20,000 nt of DNA from an uncultured virus (IMG/VR IMGVR_UViG_3300012665_001205). Taxonomy: Duplodnaviria > Heunggongvirae > Uroviricota > Caudoviricetes > Crassvirales. Shown one piece after another: positions 1 to 9,300 of this stretch. The notes under the pieces were generated by a model. It saw only the letters and a list, made by a program, of their open reading frames with translations, was not told the DNA's origin and searched no databases. The stretch is from IMG/VR virus record IMGVR_UViG_3300012665_001205. One strand, 5' to 3'. Each line of letters opens with the position of its first letter. The stretch's first letter is position 1. Both the position numbers and the translations under genes were made by a program.

Positions 1-1
1 T

Positions 2-1792
2 GAGACAGAAAATGAAAATATTTTTATTTCAGCACTTGGAACTACATTTCCATCAGCTACTGGTGGTATAAATAAATATCAGTTTTATGAAAGTCCTGCT
101 TCATCTGGCAAGTTGTATTTTGGAATAAGAACAGGTACTCCTGGTTATAGTAATCCTGAATCATCAATTACTGGATCTATAACTATTGTTAGACAAAATG
201 GAATTATTGTATTTGAAACAGAGCCAACAGAAGCGGCTGATGACATTTACTATGAGGGAAGTCAGACATTTGAAATAGTTGGAGGAGCACATTCTCAAAA
301 TAGTATAGTACTAAACTTTCATGATTGCTTTACATTTGGTAACGGAGTAGAAAGTTATAAGATTGAAGACGCTCTTGCTGCACCTTACTTCAGACTAGGA
401 CAAAGATTTTCTTCAGTGTCAGCAGAAGAATTTAAACAAGCTAATAGATATGCGTCTATAACTTATAGTGGCGTGTTTAATCCTGAGACAAATCTTAACA
501 AGTTAAATGAGTTTAACCTTGGTCTAGCAAACTTCAGTGACTTAGAACGTAGATTTGGTTCTATTCAAAAGATGTCTGGAAGACAGACAGATATCCTTGT
601 TCTACAAGAAGATAAGATATCTTATGTACTTGCAGGTAAAAATGTTCTTTCTGATGCTGCTGCTGGTGGTGGAGCTATTGCAGCAATACCACAGGTTCTT
701 GGAAATCAAATTGCGAGAATTGAAGAGTATGGAATCAGCTTAAACCCTGAGAGTTATGTTGAGTGGGGATTTGATAAGTACTTTACGGATCAAAAAAGAG
801 GATCGGTAATAAGACTATCTGGCGCAGGAACAAGCGAAGACCTATCTGTTATTTCTAATGAGGGCATGAGATCTTGGTTTAGAGATCTATTTATAAGTGA
901 TGGCAAGACTCAAAAGTTAGGTGGATTTGACCCTTATATGGGTGAGTATGTTCTTAGTTCAAACAACTTTGAGATAAATCCAGATCAAGCTAGTGTAGGG
1001 TGTGGAACAGAAATACAGATAAACTCTGGAACAACTGGATTGCAAAACATAAATATTGATCTTGGAGATTATGAAGGTGAGTCTACTGTAACATTGACAA
1101 TTGATCAAATAACATCTGGACAGACGCTAAATGTTTCTTTTGTTTACAACGGAGTAACATACAGTACTGGTAATACTAGCATTTCAGATACGTTCTCATT
1201 TAATAAAGGAGCTAAGGATAATGGTATACTTAGTGTTGCACAGTCTGGAGGAGTTGCATCTTACAGAATAGTTGTTGGATGTCCTGACGTAACGGACATT
1301 ACAGTAATTAGCGTTACGGTAAATGATAAGTCTTATGAAGGCAAAGTAATAACAGATGAATATTCTGTCGGTGAATTTATATCTGGTAATTTAGTAAGCA
1401 TGCTTGGAGGAACAACGATGCCAATAGTTTCTAACTATTCTACGTTGTCTGGTCCAGAAGGATTTGGTTCAATACCTAGCAATGGGGATACGGTTGTAAT
1501 TAGATCTGTAAAAGGAACTACTGGAACTATGGAGTTTAATCCAGCAACTCACAAGTTGAGATATTTAATTTCAAACACCTTGTATACAAGTGCAAACATA
1601 TTATCTTTACTAAACGCTTCAACAATAGCTACTCCAGTACTAAACCCTTCAGCTGGTGTTTACACGGCTGGTTTTACTTACAACAGCGGATCAAATTACC
1701 TTTACATTATACACGACTACAGAAATATTTACAGTACAGAATTGTGTTATAGCAACGTATCAGCAGAAGAAGCTTGTTGCGACTGCGTATAA
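2..1792 (+). CDS. Tail nozzle/'stabilization'-type virion protein, 5'-truncated, with Cys-bounded beta-rich C-terminal extension
   Basis: The frame is open from nt 2 (ETENENIFISALG...), so TTG at 113 is not the real start. Motifs ITYSGVFN..NKLNEFN, FGSIQK, LVLQEDK, YGISLNPES, YFTD..RGSVIRLS, GMRSWFRD and LGGFDPY..EYVL resemble the beta-propeller stabilization proteins of Bacteroidota phages (recalled, not searched). Confidence 0.75.
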   Translation, partial: ETENENIFISALGTTFPSATGGINKYQFYESPASSGKLYFGIRTGTPGYSNPESSITGSITIVRQNGIIVFETEPTEAADDIYYEGSQTFEIVGGAHSQNSIVLNFHDCFTFGNGVESYKIEDALAAPYFRLGQRFSSVSAEEFKQANRYASITYSGVFNPETNLNKLNEFNLGLANFSDLERRFGSIQKMSGRQTDILVLQEDKISYVLAGKNVLSDAAAGGGAIAAIPQVLGNQIARIEEYGISLNPESYVEWGFDKYFTDQKRGSVIRLSGAGTSEDLSVISNEGMRSWFRDLFISDGKTQKLGGFDPYMGEYVLSSNNFEINPDQASVGCGTEIQINSGTTGLQNINIDLGDYEGESTVTLTIDQITSGQTLNVSFVYNGVTYSTGNTSISDTFSFNKGAKDNGILSVAQSGGVASYRIVVGCPDVTDITVISVTVNDKSYEGKVITDEYSVGEFISGNLVSMLGGTTMPIVSNYSTLSGPEGFGSIPSNGDTVVIRSVKGTTGTMEFNPATHKLRYLISNTLYTSANILSLLNASTIATPVLNPSAGVYTAGFTYNSGSNYLYIIHDYRNIYSTELCYSNVSAEEACCDCV

Positions 1793-1807
1793 GAACCTTC
1801 ATAAAAT

Positions 1808-2713
1808 ATGGCAACATACTACATAGATACAAATGATTTTAGCACTGCTACCAGTATATGGACAAATTCAAATTTGACCATAAAAGCTACTGATGGATTT
1901 TATCAAAAAGATGGTTTCTACAGACAAATGTCTGGAGGAGAACTACTCCCCTCTACTATTTGCCCAGAATGTTCTGTCCCTTGCGGTGGTACAATAAGTG
2001 CTAGTGGTGGGAGAGGAATATATTATCTTGATACAAATTTAGGCACATCTACTGGGGCTGTTGTTATTAAGTTTAACCCATTTGGTATACCTGATGGTAT
2101 ATTAGCTGTATATAATAGCATAACCTACAATGGTTTATCATCACCATCATTTGGTTGGAGACAAGGTACGGCTGGTCTTGCTACGTACATTGGAAATACG
2201 GGGCAAGATTGTGGTATAGTTGCAGGGTCACCATATAGTTTAAATGAATATGAGTATAATGGAACCACTTTTGTTTCATTAGGTACATCTACTAGCGTTT
2301 CAGTCTTGGCAGGGCAAATGCAACTTACAGCAGGAGATCCTGGTAATAGTGTAATGGTTATACCAAAGATAGCAGCAACCCCTTCTACATTGAATCTTAG
2401 TTTCATTGGACCATGTTCAGGAACTGCTTTTAATATTTCAGTTGCATGTCCAACTGCGCTACCATCATTTGCATCTAGTACTGTTAATGCAAGCAGTGCA
2501 TTGGCTTGTGCAGCTACTATAAGCACAACATACTATGTCGCATTTGTAACTGGTGGGTCAGGAGTACTTGGGTTAAATGACTTAGTATTCAGTGACGCTA
2601 ATGGTCAGTTTAAACTAGGAGCAGGCTACTATAAGACTACAGCTGCTGGTGCTAACAATTGGTACCAAGTAAATGCCAATGGCGTAATTATTGCATTTGG
2701 AACTTGTCCTTAA
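1808..2713 (+). CDS. Gly/Ser/Thr-rich virion protein built from Cys-bounded beta modules (putative tail appendage/receptor-binding)
   Basis: 301-aa ORF with ATG after an A-rich leader (aaaatATG); S/T/G-rich; CP/CG motifs delimit modules; located in the tail gene cluster. Confidence 0.6.
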   Translation: MATYYIDTNDFSTATSIWTNSNLTIKATDGFYQKDGFYRQMSGGELLPSTICPECSVPCGGTISASGGRGIYYLDTNLGTSTGAVVIKFNPFGIPDGILAVYNSITYNGLSSPSFGWRQGTAGLATYIGNTGQDCGIVAGSPYSLNEYEYNGTTFVSLGTSTSVSVLAGQMQLTAGDPGNSVMVIPKIAATPSTLNLSFIGPCSGTAFNISVACPTALPSFASSTVNASSALACAATISTTYYVAFVTGGSGVLGLNDLVFSDANGQFKLGAGYYKTTAAGANNWYQVNANGVIIAFGTCP

Positions 2714-2718
2714 TAAAT

Positions 2719-3477
2719 ATGGCAAACTACACACTAACATATAGCCCAGGAGTAGAAGGATGGCCTTCATTTTATTCATACTATCCAGACTTCATGATAG
2801 GAATGAATCAATTCTTATATACATTCAAGGGTGGCAATCTTTATCGCCATAACGTGAACGAGAGCAGAAATACCTTCTATGGTACATTTACACCATCAAT
2901 GGTTAGAGGTATAATAAACCAATCTCCTATAGAGAAGAAAGTATTTAAAACGATAGCTCTTGAATCTAACGCTTCTTGGTCTGCAACTTTAATTACTGAT
3001 CTAGAGTCTGGATTTATTGAAAAGTCTTACTTTGAAAACAAGGAAGCTACTTTCTTTTCATTTATTAGAGGAGTAGATAGTGCAAGTCCAAACTTAAGCC
3101 TAAGATCTACTCAAGGTATTGGGTCTTCTACATCAGTTAATTCTTCAACTCCAGCATCTACTGTTGTTAACTTTTCTTTTGCAATTGACTCAATGATTAG
3201 TGTTGGTGATTTAGTTTACGAGTCTAACACTGGATTAAATCAAGTATTTTTTTGTGGACCAGTTATCTCAAGAACAAGTAATGCAATAACAATAAATTGC
3301 TCTGGATCAGGTAAAACAATACCAACTTCAGGAAGATATTTAATATACGTTAAGAATCAAATTGCTGAATCACATGGATTGAGAGGTGATTTCTTAGACT
3401 ACACTATAACAAATAACGATAACTTTGCTATTGAATTATTTGCTATTCGTTCAGAGGTATTCAAATCCTTTCCGTAA
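2719..3477 (+). CDS. Tail protein, probably the C-terminal part of the nozzle/stabilization protein
   Basis: Start re-assigned to ATG 2719 (taaatATG, 5 nt after the upstream stop), 252 aa. It begins YTLTYS..GWPSFYSY.PD...YTFKGGNLYRH...RNTFYG and ends ESHGLRG....ELFAI.SEV.KS. Confidence 0.7.
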   Translation: MANYTLTYSPGVEGWPSFYSYYPDFMIGMNQFLYTFKGGNLYRHNVNESRNTFYGTFTPSMVRGIINQSPIEKKVFKTIALESNASWSATLITDLESGFIEKSYFENKEATFFSFIRGVDSASPNLSLRSTQGIGSSTSVNSSTPASTVVNFSFAIDSMISVGDLVYESNTGLNQVFFCGPVISRTSNAITINCSGSGKTIPTSGRYLIYVKNQIAESHGLRGDFLDYTITNNDNFAIELFAIRSEVFKSFP

Positions 3478-3482
3478 ATTTG
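3475..3482 (+). promoter_or_regulatory. Bacteroidota-type -7 promoter element (TAnnTTTG)
   Basis: TAAATTTG overlaps the upstream stop codon and lies 4 nt before ATG 3487. Confidence 0.5.
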
Positions 3483-3486
3483 CATT

Positions 3487-3900
3487 ATGCTGCACGTCAG
3501 AAAATTAAATAGTCAGGATTACGAAGAGAACTTAGTGAAGTGGTGGAAAGACTGGAGATGGACACCTCCTCCAGTAGAATTTCTACCAGACAACGGAGAG
3601 GGAGGATTTATGGTTTGTGATGAAGACTATCCAGTTGTGGCTGGTTTTCTATACGTAACTAACTCTAGCGTAGCTTGGCTAGAGTTTATTGTGTCCAACA
3701 TGGAGTATAAGCACAAGGAGAATAGAAAGCAAGCTGTTAGAATGCTGATACTAACTCTAGAACAACTAGCTAAAATAAGTGGTAAAAAATATATTTACTC
3801 AACTCTTAAAAACGAATCATTGATAAACTCTTACTTGGAGTGTGGATTTGCCAAGGGAACGAGTAACTCACAAGAAATGATAAAAACAATATGGCAGTAG
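3487..3900 (+). CDS. GNAT-fold acetyltransferase-like protein (T7 gp13-like position)
   Basis: 137 aa with a GNAT-like pattern: VRKL..D, PVVAGFLY, AWLEFIVSN, R.QAV..LI..L...AK..G, N.SLI..Y..CGF. Lies directly before the ejection genes. Confidence 0.7.
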   Translation: MLHVRKLNSQDYEENLVKWWKDWRWTPPPVEFLPDNGEGGFMVCDEDYPVVAGFLYVTNSSVAWLEFIVSNMEYKHKENRKQAVRMLILTLEQLAKISGKKYIYSTLKNESLINSYLECGFAKGTSNSQEMIKTIWQ

Positions 3901-4691
3901 CAACTACAACAGCAATAGCAGCAGGATCAGCCTTACTATCGGCAGGTGCTTCATTTAAAAGATCCGTAGACGAAAAAAGAAAGTTTAAACAGGCTGAGGA
4001 AGCAGCTGCTAGATTGATGGAGGATGCTAGAAAGCAATATTCCACAAACTTTGCTGAACAACTTCGAGTGCCTTTAGAAGGATATGAGATGGCTTCTAAT
4101 TTGAATAGAGATGCGTTATCTCAAAATTTAGATGCACTGAGAGAGTCTGGTCAGAGAGGTATAATTGGCGGTGTAGCTGGTTTACAGAAACAAGCTCAAG
4201 AAGGTGCAGAACAACTAAGAATGGGAATGCAGCAAGACCTATATGAGAGAGATAAAGCTATTGTTTCAGAAGAGTCTAGACTAAGAGATATTCAAGCAGA
4301 GATTGACTTAGGTGAAGCAGCTGGTGCTCAACAAGCTGCTGCTGATGCTCAAGCTTTGAGTGCTCAAAATATGCAAGCTGGTTTTGGATCTTTAACATCA
4401 GCCGCCACAAGTTTGTACGAAGGTTCAGACTTGTATAATAAAGCTCAGGGTGCTAAAATGGCTGACAAGTTTGGGGGTGGGTTAACTGGGAATCAAAAAA
4501 CTGGATTAGCAGATAGATTTTCTAATTTATCAAGTGGGCAAATGAAATTTCTACGTCAACAAGATCCTAATTCATATTCTCCATTCTTAAAAACTCCAGA
4601 AAATCTTGCTAAAGCACAACAAACAGCTTTAGCTGGGATTAAAAAAGGAGCCTTGGGTCAAATGCCGTTACCTAAAATCACTGGAAGATAA
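3891..4691 (+). CDS. Small ejection/internal virion protein (T7 gp14/P22 gp7-like)
   Basis: Ala/Gly-rich hydrophobic N-terminus (MAVATTTAIAAGSALLSAGAS), A/Q-rich coiled coil, G-rich C-terminal part; position in the operon. Confidence 0.65.
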   Translation: MAVATTTAIAAGSALLSAGASFKRSVDEKRKFKQAEEAAARLMEDARKQYSTNFAEQLRVPLEGYEMASNLNRDALSQNLDALRESGQRGIIGGVAGLQKQAQEGAEQLRMGMQQDLYERDKAIVSEESRLRDIQAEIDLGEAAGAQQAAADAQALSAQNMQAGFGSLTSAATSLYEGSDLYNKAQGAKMADKFGGGLTGNQKTGLADRFSNLSSGQMKFLRQQDPNSYSPFLKTPENLAKAQQTALAGIKKGALGQMPLPKITGR

Positions 4692-6343
4692 TGTCAACAT
4701 ATTATAATTACGTAAGAAGAGGAACCGAGTCTCAAGTAGACTGGGGGAAGATTGGGAAAGGATTGTCTGATGAGATTATTAGAATATCTCAAGATAGAGA
4801 AGCCAAGAGAACTGAGCTTGATAAGCTAAATACTGATCTAATTAGATCAGCGTCTCAGGTTACTGCGCCAGAGCAAGAGTATGTTAGAAACTTAGTGCTC
4901 AACGGTACTAACGAGATGAAGAACCTTGCGTTAACAAATAACAATCTATTAAAAAGAGGAATTATAACTCCAGCTCAGTATAGAATGGTAATGGAGAACA
5001 TGAGTGCTGGAGTAAGTGATCTAGACAAGGCTTCTAAGGAGTTTGACTCTTCATATAAGAAAAGTATGGAAAGACTAGCTAAAGGCGAGATGGGATTCAG
5101 AGAACAAAAATTAAAAGAGAACCTTTTCAAGTATGGTAATCTTAAAGATAAGACTTTGTACGTTGCTCCTGATGGATCCATGTATATAACTAGCATTGAC
5201 GATAATGGAAACCCTGTTGCTGATCCTAGAAAGATGATGAACACTGGTGTGCTTGCTCAAGGTCTAGGTCAAGAAATAACTTCTTTTGACTTGAATGCTA
5301 ACCTAGAAAAGGGTGTAAACTCAATAGGTTCTGTTGTGGAAGTTCTAAGGAAGAACGGGGTTTTAACAACAGACTCTCCGACTAATAATCCAAAGTATAA
5401 AGAAGCTCGTGATCTTTACATAGACTCTATAATGGGAGACCCAAATAATGTGGTTGATATATTAGGAGATTTTCTTGGTAGAGAAGACATCGTTCAAGAT
5501 GTTAACGGTAACTTTATACCAACTGAGCAACAGACTAAGGAGGTAAGAGAAAAAATTACTTCAATGTTTGATGCAATGGTTACTAAGAAGGCTACACCTA
5601 TGCCTGTTTTTGCCCCTACTAGTGGAGGCGGTGGTGGAAGTGGTGCTGCTATTGCTAAAGAGAATGAACTTGGAAGTAACTTTAGAAAGTTCTTAACTGG
5701 ATCTGGTCCAGAATCTAAGGCGGCAGCTCAATTAATAGGTAGTCAAAATCCAAACATTAGATCACTAGTTAAGGAGAATGGAGTTATTAAAATATCAATG
5801 AATGATGGAGGTTATCAGGAATTTGACCTAAATCAAGAGGGTGCTAACGCTGAGATAATAGGAAGAGGTCTTATTGGATTCGCTCTTGGAAATAAAATAT
5901 CTAACGTAGATCAGGTATTGAAAAGAGCAGGGATAACTCCTACGCTTGGTTTATCATTAGATCCTGTATATTATGAATACCAGCAGGGTGGAAAGACAGA
6001 TGTTTTGAGTAAAACTCAAATATTATCTCCAGATGGTAAGACTATTGTTTTTGCGTCTAACGCACTCAATCAGATAGACCCAGATGCTGATGTAGATGAG
6101 GATATTCAAGCTGTTTTAAGTCAAATTGATCCAAGACTTACTGTAACTACACAAAGTAATTTAATTGGTAAAGATAGATTAACTTTGTTTTTAGATGGAC
6201 AAGAAGTCAAAACAATAGATTATGACGATCCTAAAGATAAGGTTGAACTAATAAAAATAATAGATCAAGTTAGGACCCAAGGAGCGCAAGGCACAACACA
6301 ACAAAATCAATCAGGACAGTTAGACTATACACAATTTAACTAA
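4691..6343 (+). CDS. Middle ejection/internal virion protein (T7 gp15-like position)
   Basis: 550 aa; VDW..IGK start followed by a coiled coil; GGGGGSG linker; TAATG coupling at both ends. Confidence 0.6.
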   Translation: MSTYYNYVRRGTESQVDWGKIGKGLSDEIIRISQDREAKRTELDKLNTDLIRSASQVTAPEQEYVRNLVLNGTNEMKNLALTNNNLLKRGIITPAQYRMVMENMSAGVSDLDKASKEFDSSYKKSMERLAKGEMGFREQKLKENLFKYGNLKDKTLYVAPDGSMYITSIDDNGNPVADPRKMMNTGVLAQGLGQEITSFDLNANLEKGVNSIGSVVEVLRKNGVLTTDSPTNNPKYKEARDLYIDSIMGDPNNVVDILGDFLGREDIVQDVNGNFIPTEQQTKEVREKITSMFDAMVTKKATPMPVFAPTSGGGGGSGAAIAKENELGSNFRKFLTGSGPESKAAAQLIGSQNPNIRSLVKENGVIKISMNDGGYQEFDLNQEGANAEIIGRGLIGFALGNKISNVDQVLKRAGITPTLGLSLDPVYYEYQQGGKTDVLSKTQILSPDGKTIVFASNALNQIDPDADVDEDIQAVLSQIDPRLTVTTQSNLIGKDRLTLFLDGQEVKTIDYDDPKDKVELIKIIDQVRTQGAQGTTQQNQSGQLDYTQFN

Positions 6344-9300
6344 TGAACGAACAAGTAATAGACGACCTTTTCAATCAGGCTGTATCCAAGGGATATAAGA
6401 AAAGCAGAGAAGAATTTGTTAACCTCTTGCACACAAATGATGCGGTACTAAATGACATGTACTCGTATGTTCAGTCAAAAGGATATCAAAAAGGAATTGA
6501 AGACTTTAATGGTTTAGTTGGAAAAAAAAAAGGCGTTACAGGTTCATCTACGGTCGATGGTACATTGGCTTTGCCAAGCGGTGAAAAAGATACTGCATTA
6601 GAGAGAACTTTTGGTAAAAATCCAGTAACAGACTTCTTTGGTGACATTTATAGATCTTATGAGGCTGGTTCCTCTAAGGTTGAAAACATAGATCCAACGA
6701 TGAATATTTTTGGCAAGAAGGCATCTGAGATAGATGATGAGTCATTAAAAGCATTTGTTGAGTCTGCAAATAAACTTAGTAAAACCCCAGTAACAGATGA
6801 GATGCGTCAGTATCAAAAAGATGTTAATGAAGCTGGTGGAGGATTTTTAAACTCAATTATTCAGGCAGTTAAAAACCCTGGTATTATACCTCAGCTTGTT
6901 GTTGACTCATTTTCAATGATGGTCCCAATAACAGATGAGGGAGTTAGTTCATACGCTCTTGCTGGAGCTGCTGCTGGGGCAGGAACTGGTGCTGGAGTTG
7001 GTGCTGGAGTTGGTGCTCTTGGAGGTCCTTTAGCTCCAATAAGTGTTACGGCTGGTGCCGCTGCTGGCGGTCTCAGAGGCTTGATGGCAGGTATGTCAGC
7101 AACAACTGAAGTTGCGTTGTCTTATGGACAGTACCTTCAGGAGGAGGCTCAGAAGAGAGGTCTTGAGTTTAATGAGCAAAATGTTAAAAAATTATTAGAA
7201 GATCAAGCGGTTGTAGATGGAGCAACAAATAGAGCTCTATCTAGAGGTGCTACTATTGGTCTTGTTGATGTTGTTACGTCTGGATTCGCAGGAAAGGCAT
7301 TAGGAGCAACAAAGGCTGCTGTAAAGGGAACGACTGGTAAAGTACTAGGAACTGGAGCTGCGCTTACTGTTGAATCAGTAGGTGAAGGTGCTGGTGAAGG
7401 TGCTGCTCAAGTAGTGTCTGGGCAAGAGGTTTCTGGAGAAGAGATTGCTCTTGAAATGCTTGGTGGTGTTGGAGGTGGCGTATTTAACGTGGCTGTAGAA
7501 AACTTGGTTGGAACTGAAAAAATAGGTAGATACAAAATCAATGGAGAAGAAGTATCTAAGAATAGACTAAACAGATTCCTTCAAACTGCAACTCCAGATG
7601 AGGTTGCAAAAACCAACATTGAGATTACAGATGATAACGATGTACTAGCAGTTGCTGAAGATAAGAAGAAGGAGGCATTACTTGCTGGCCAGATAGATCC
7701 AGCTGTAACTGACGAGACTGACAAGTCTAGACTTGTTAAGCTAGAGAAAGAAAGAGCAAAGCTAAAGGGTCTTGATACTAAATCTGCTCAGAACAGAGTT
7801 AAGGCTATAGACGAAGAAATTGACTCTATTACTGGTAAGTATACATTAGAAGAAAAGCCAGCCGCTGAAACTATTGAGTACAAGATAGATGGTTCTAAAA
7901 TGGACCGAGCTAGATTTGTTGCTGCTGTAGATGAGGCAAAGAATGAAGAAGCTCTCAACGAGCTTGAGACTACTGATCCAGAAGTTCAAAAAGTAATTGA
8001 TGCCAAGAGAGCTCAGTTGACTGGAAAGCCAGTTGCAGAACCTAAAGCAGTTACCCAACAAAATCAAGAAAAAATAAATGACATTGAAAAGAGAAGACAG
8101 GAGGAACTGAATACTTACGATGAAGAAGGACTTAATGAAATTTATGCAATAAACAACGATCAAACTATAGGTGAGTTTATAAATGCTAAATATGATGCAG
8201 AACTAGCTGCTATAGAGAAGACTGCTCCTGTTGAAGAAGTAAAGCCAGTGACAATTAATGTCGCAGACAAGTACACTGTAGATGAGGTTGATAGAGTAAA
8301 AACACTTCCAATTGAAAATGAGGATGGTGCTACCATGAACTTAGATGGTACCAAGTACGAGAAGGGTGGAGTGGTTATTCCATTGGCATCTAGAAATCTA
8401 CCTATATCAGAACTTACGCCTGAGAAGATAGACGAGTTTGTAAAAGAGAACTCAGAGTCTATTGGGTCTGACATGGTTAAGGTTGGTATCTACAAGTTCC
8501 CAAACAGTGATCAGGCTTCCATAGACATTAACATCGTAGCAGACAGATCAAGAAGAGATGAGGCTATTGAAATTGCAAGAGAGCTTGGTCAGGAGTCAAT
8601 ATTTGACTTAGATACATTCGAGAACATAAAGACTGGTGCTGACGGTAAGAACCCTAAAGTTTTGACTCCTAAAGAGTTTTTAGCTATTCAGGATAGATTA
8701 TCTAGACCAAAGCAAACGGAGGTCACAGTGACCCCAGAAACGTCTTCAAATTACGCAAATATGACTGAAGATAACGAAGGAAACTTTGTGTTCTTCCATG
8801 TTGGCAAGAAGGGTTATGGCACAATTAAGAAAGGCACTGGAGCAACAGCTGTAACTTCAAGAGAAGAGGCATCTGCATTGTCAAAGGTTGGTGGTCTAGC
8901 AATGTACTACACCGCTCCAGAGCAGACAGAAAGACAAAGTGCTGATGGTGCTAAGTACGCTGTAAAAGTGCCAAAAGAAAAGGTATATGACTTCAACACT
9001 GACAAGCTAAATTTAATTGACGAGGCTAGACAGAGACATGAGTCAGAGAACCCTGGGAAAGCGTTTGATACAAACTCTCAGATTGCCTATGTAACGAAAA
9101 TTGCTGGCGAGAAAGGTTTCGACATGGTCGTTGCTGAATGGGCTGGAGGAACTAGAGCACAAACGACTAAGGAACTCACACCTGTTGATGTACAAGAGTC
9201 TACTGGAAATGTTATTGAAAAGAATTTTGATAACCAGTATGAGTCTAACAAGACTAAAGGATTTACTCCAGTTGTTCCTAAGAGAAAGGCAGACAAGCTA

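Noticed and set aside
1790..1810. Read-through fusion of ORF1 and ORF2
   Set aside because: The ORFs are in frame but separated by two TAA codons, and ORF2 has its own A-rich leader.
2659..2718. ORF-track start at 2659
   Set aside because: It would overlap the upstream gene by 55 nt; ATG 2719 has the typical leader.
6988..7017. 12-bp tandem repeat GGTGCTGGAGTT
   Set aside because: Explained by the GAGV glycine-zipper peptide repeat.
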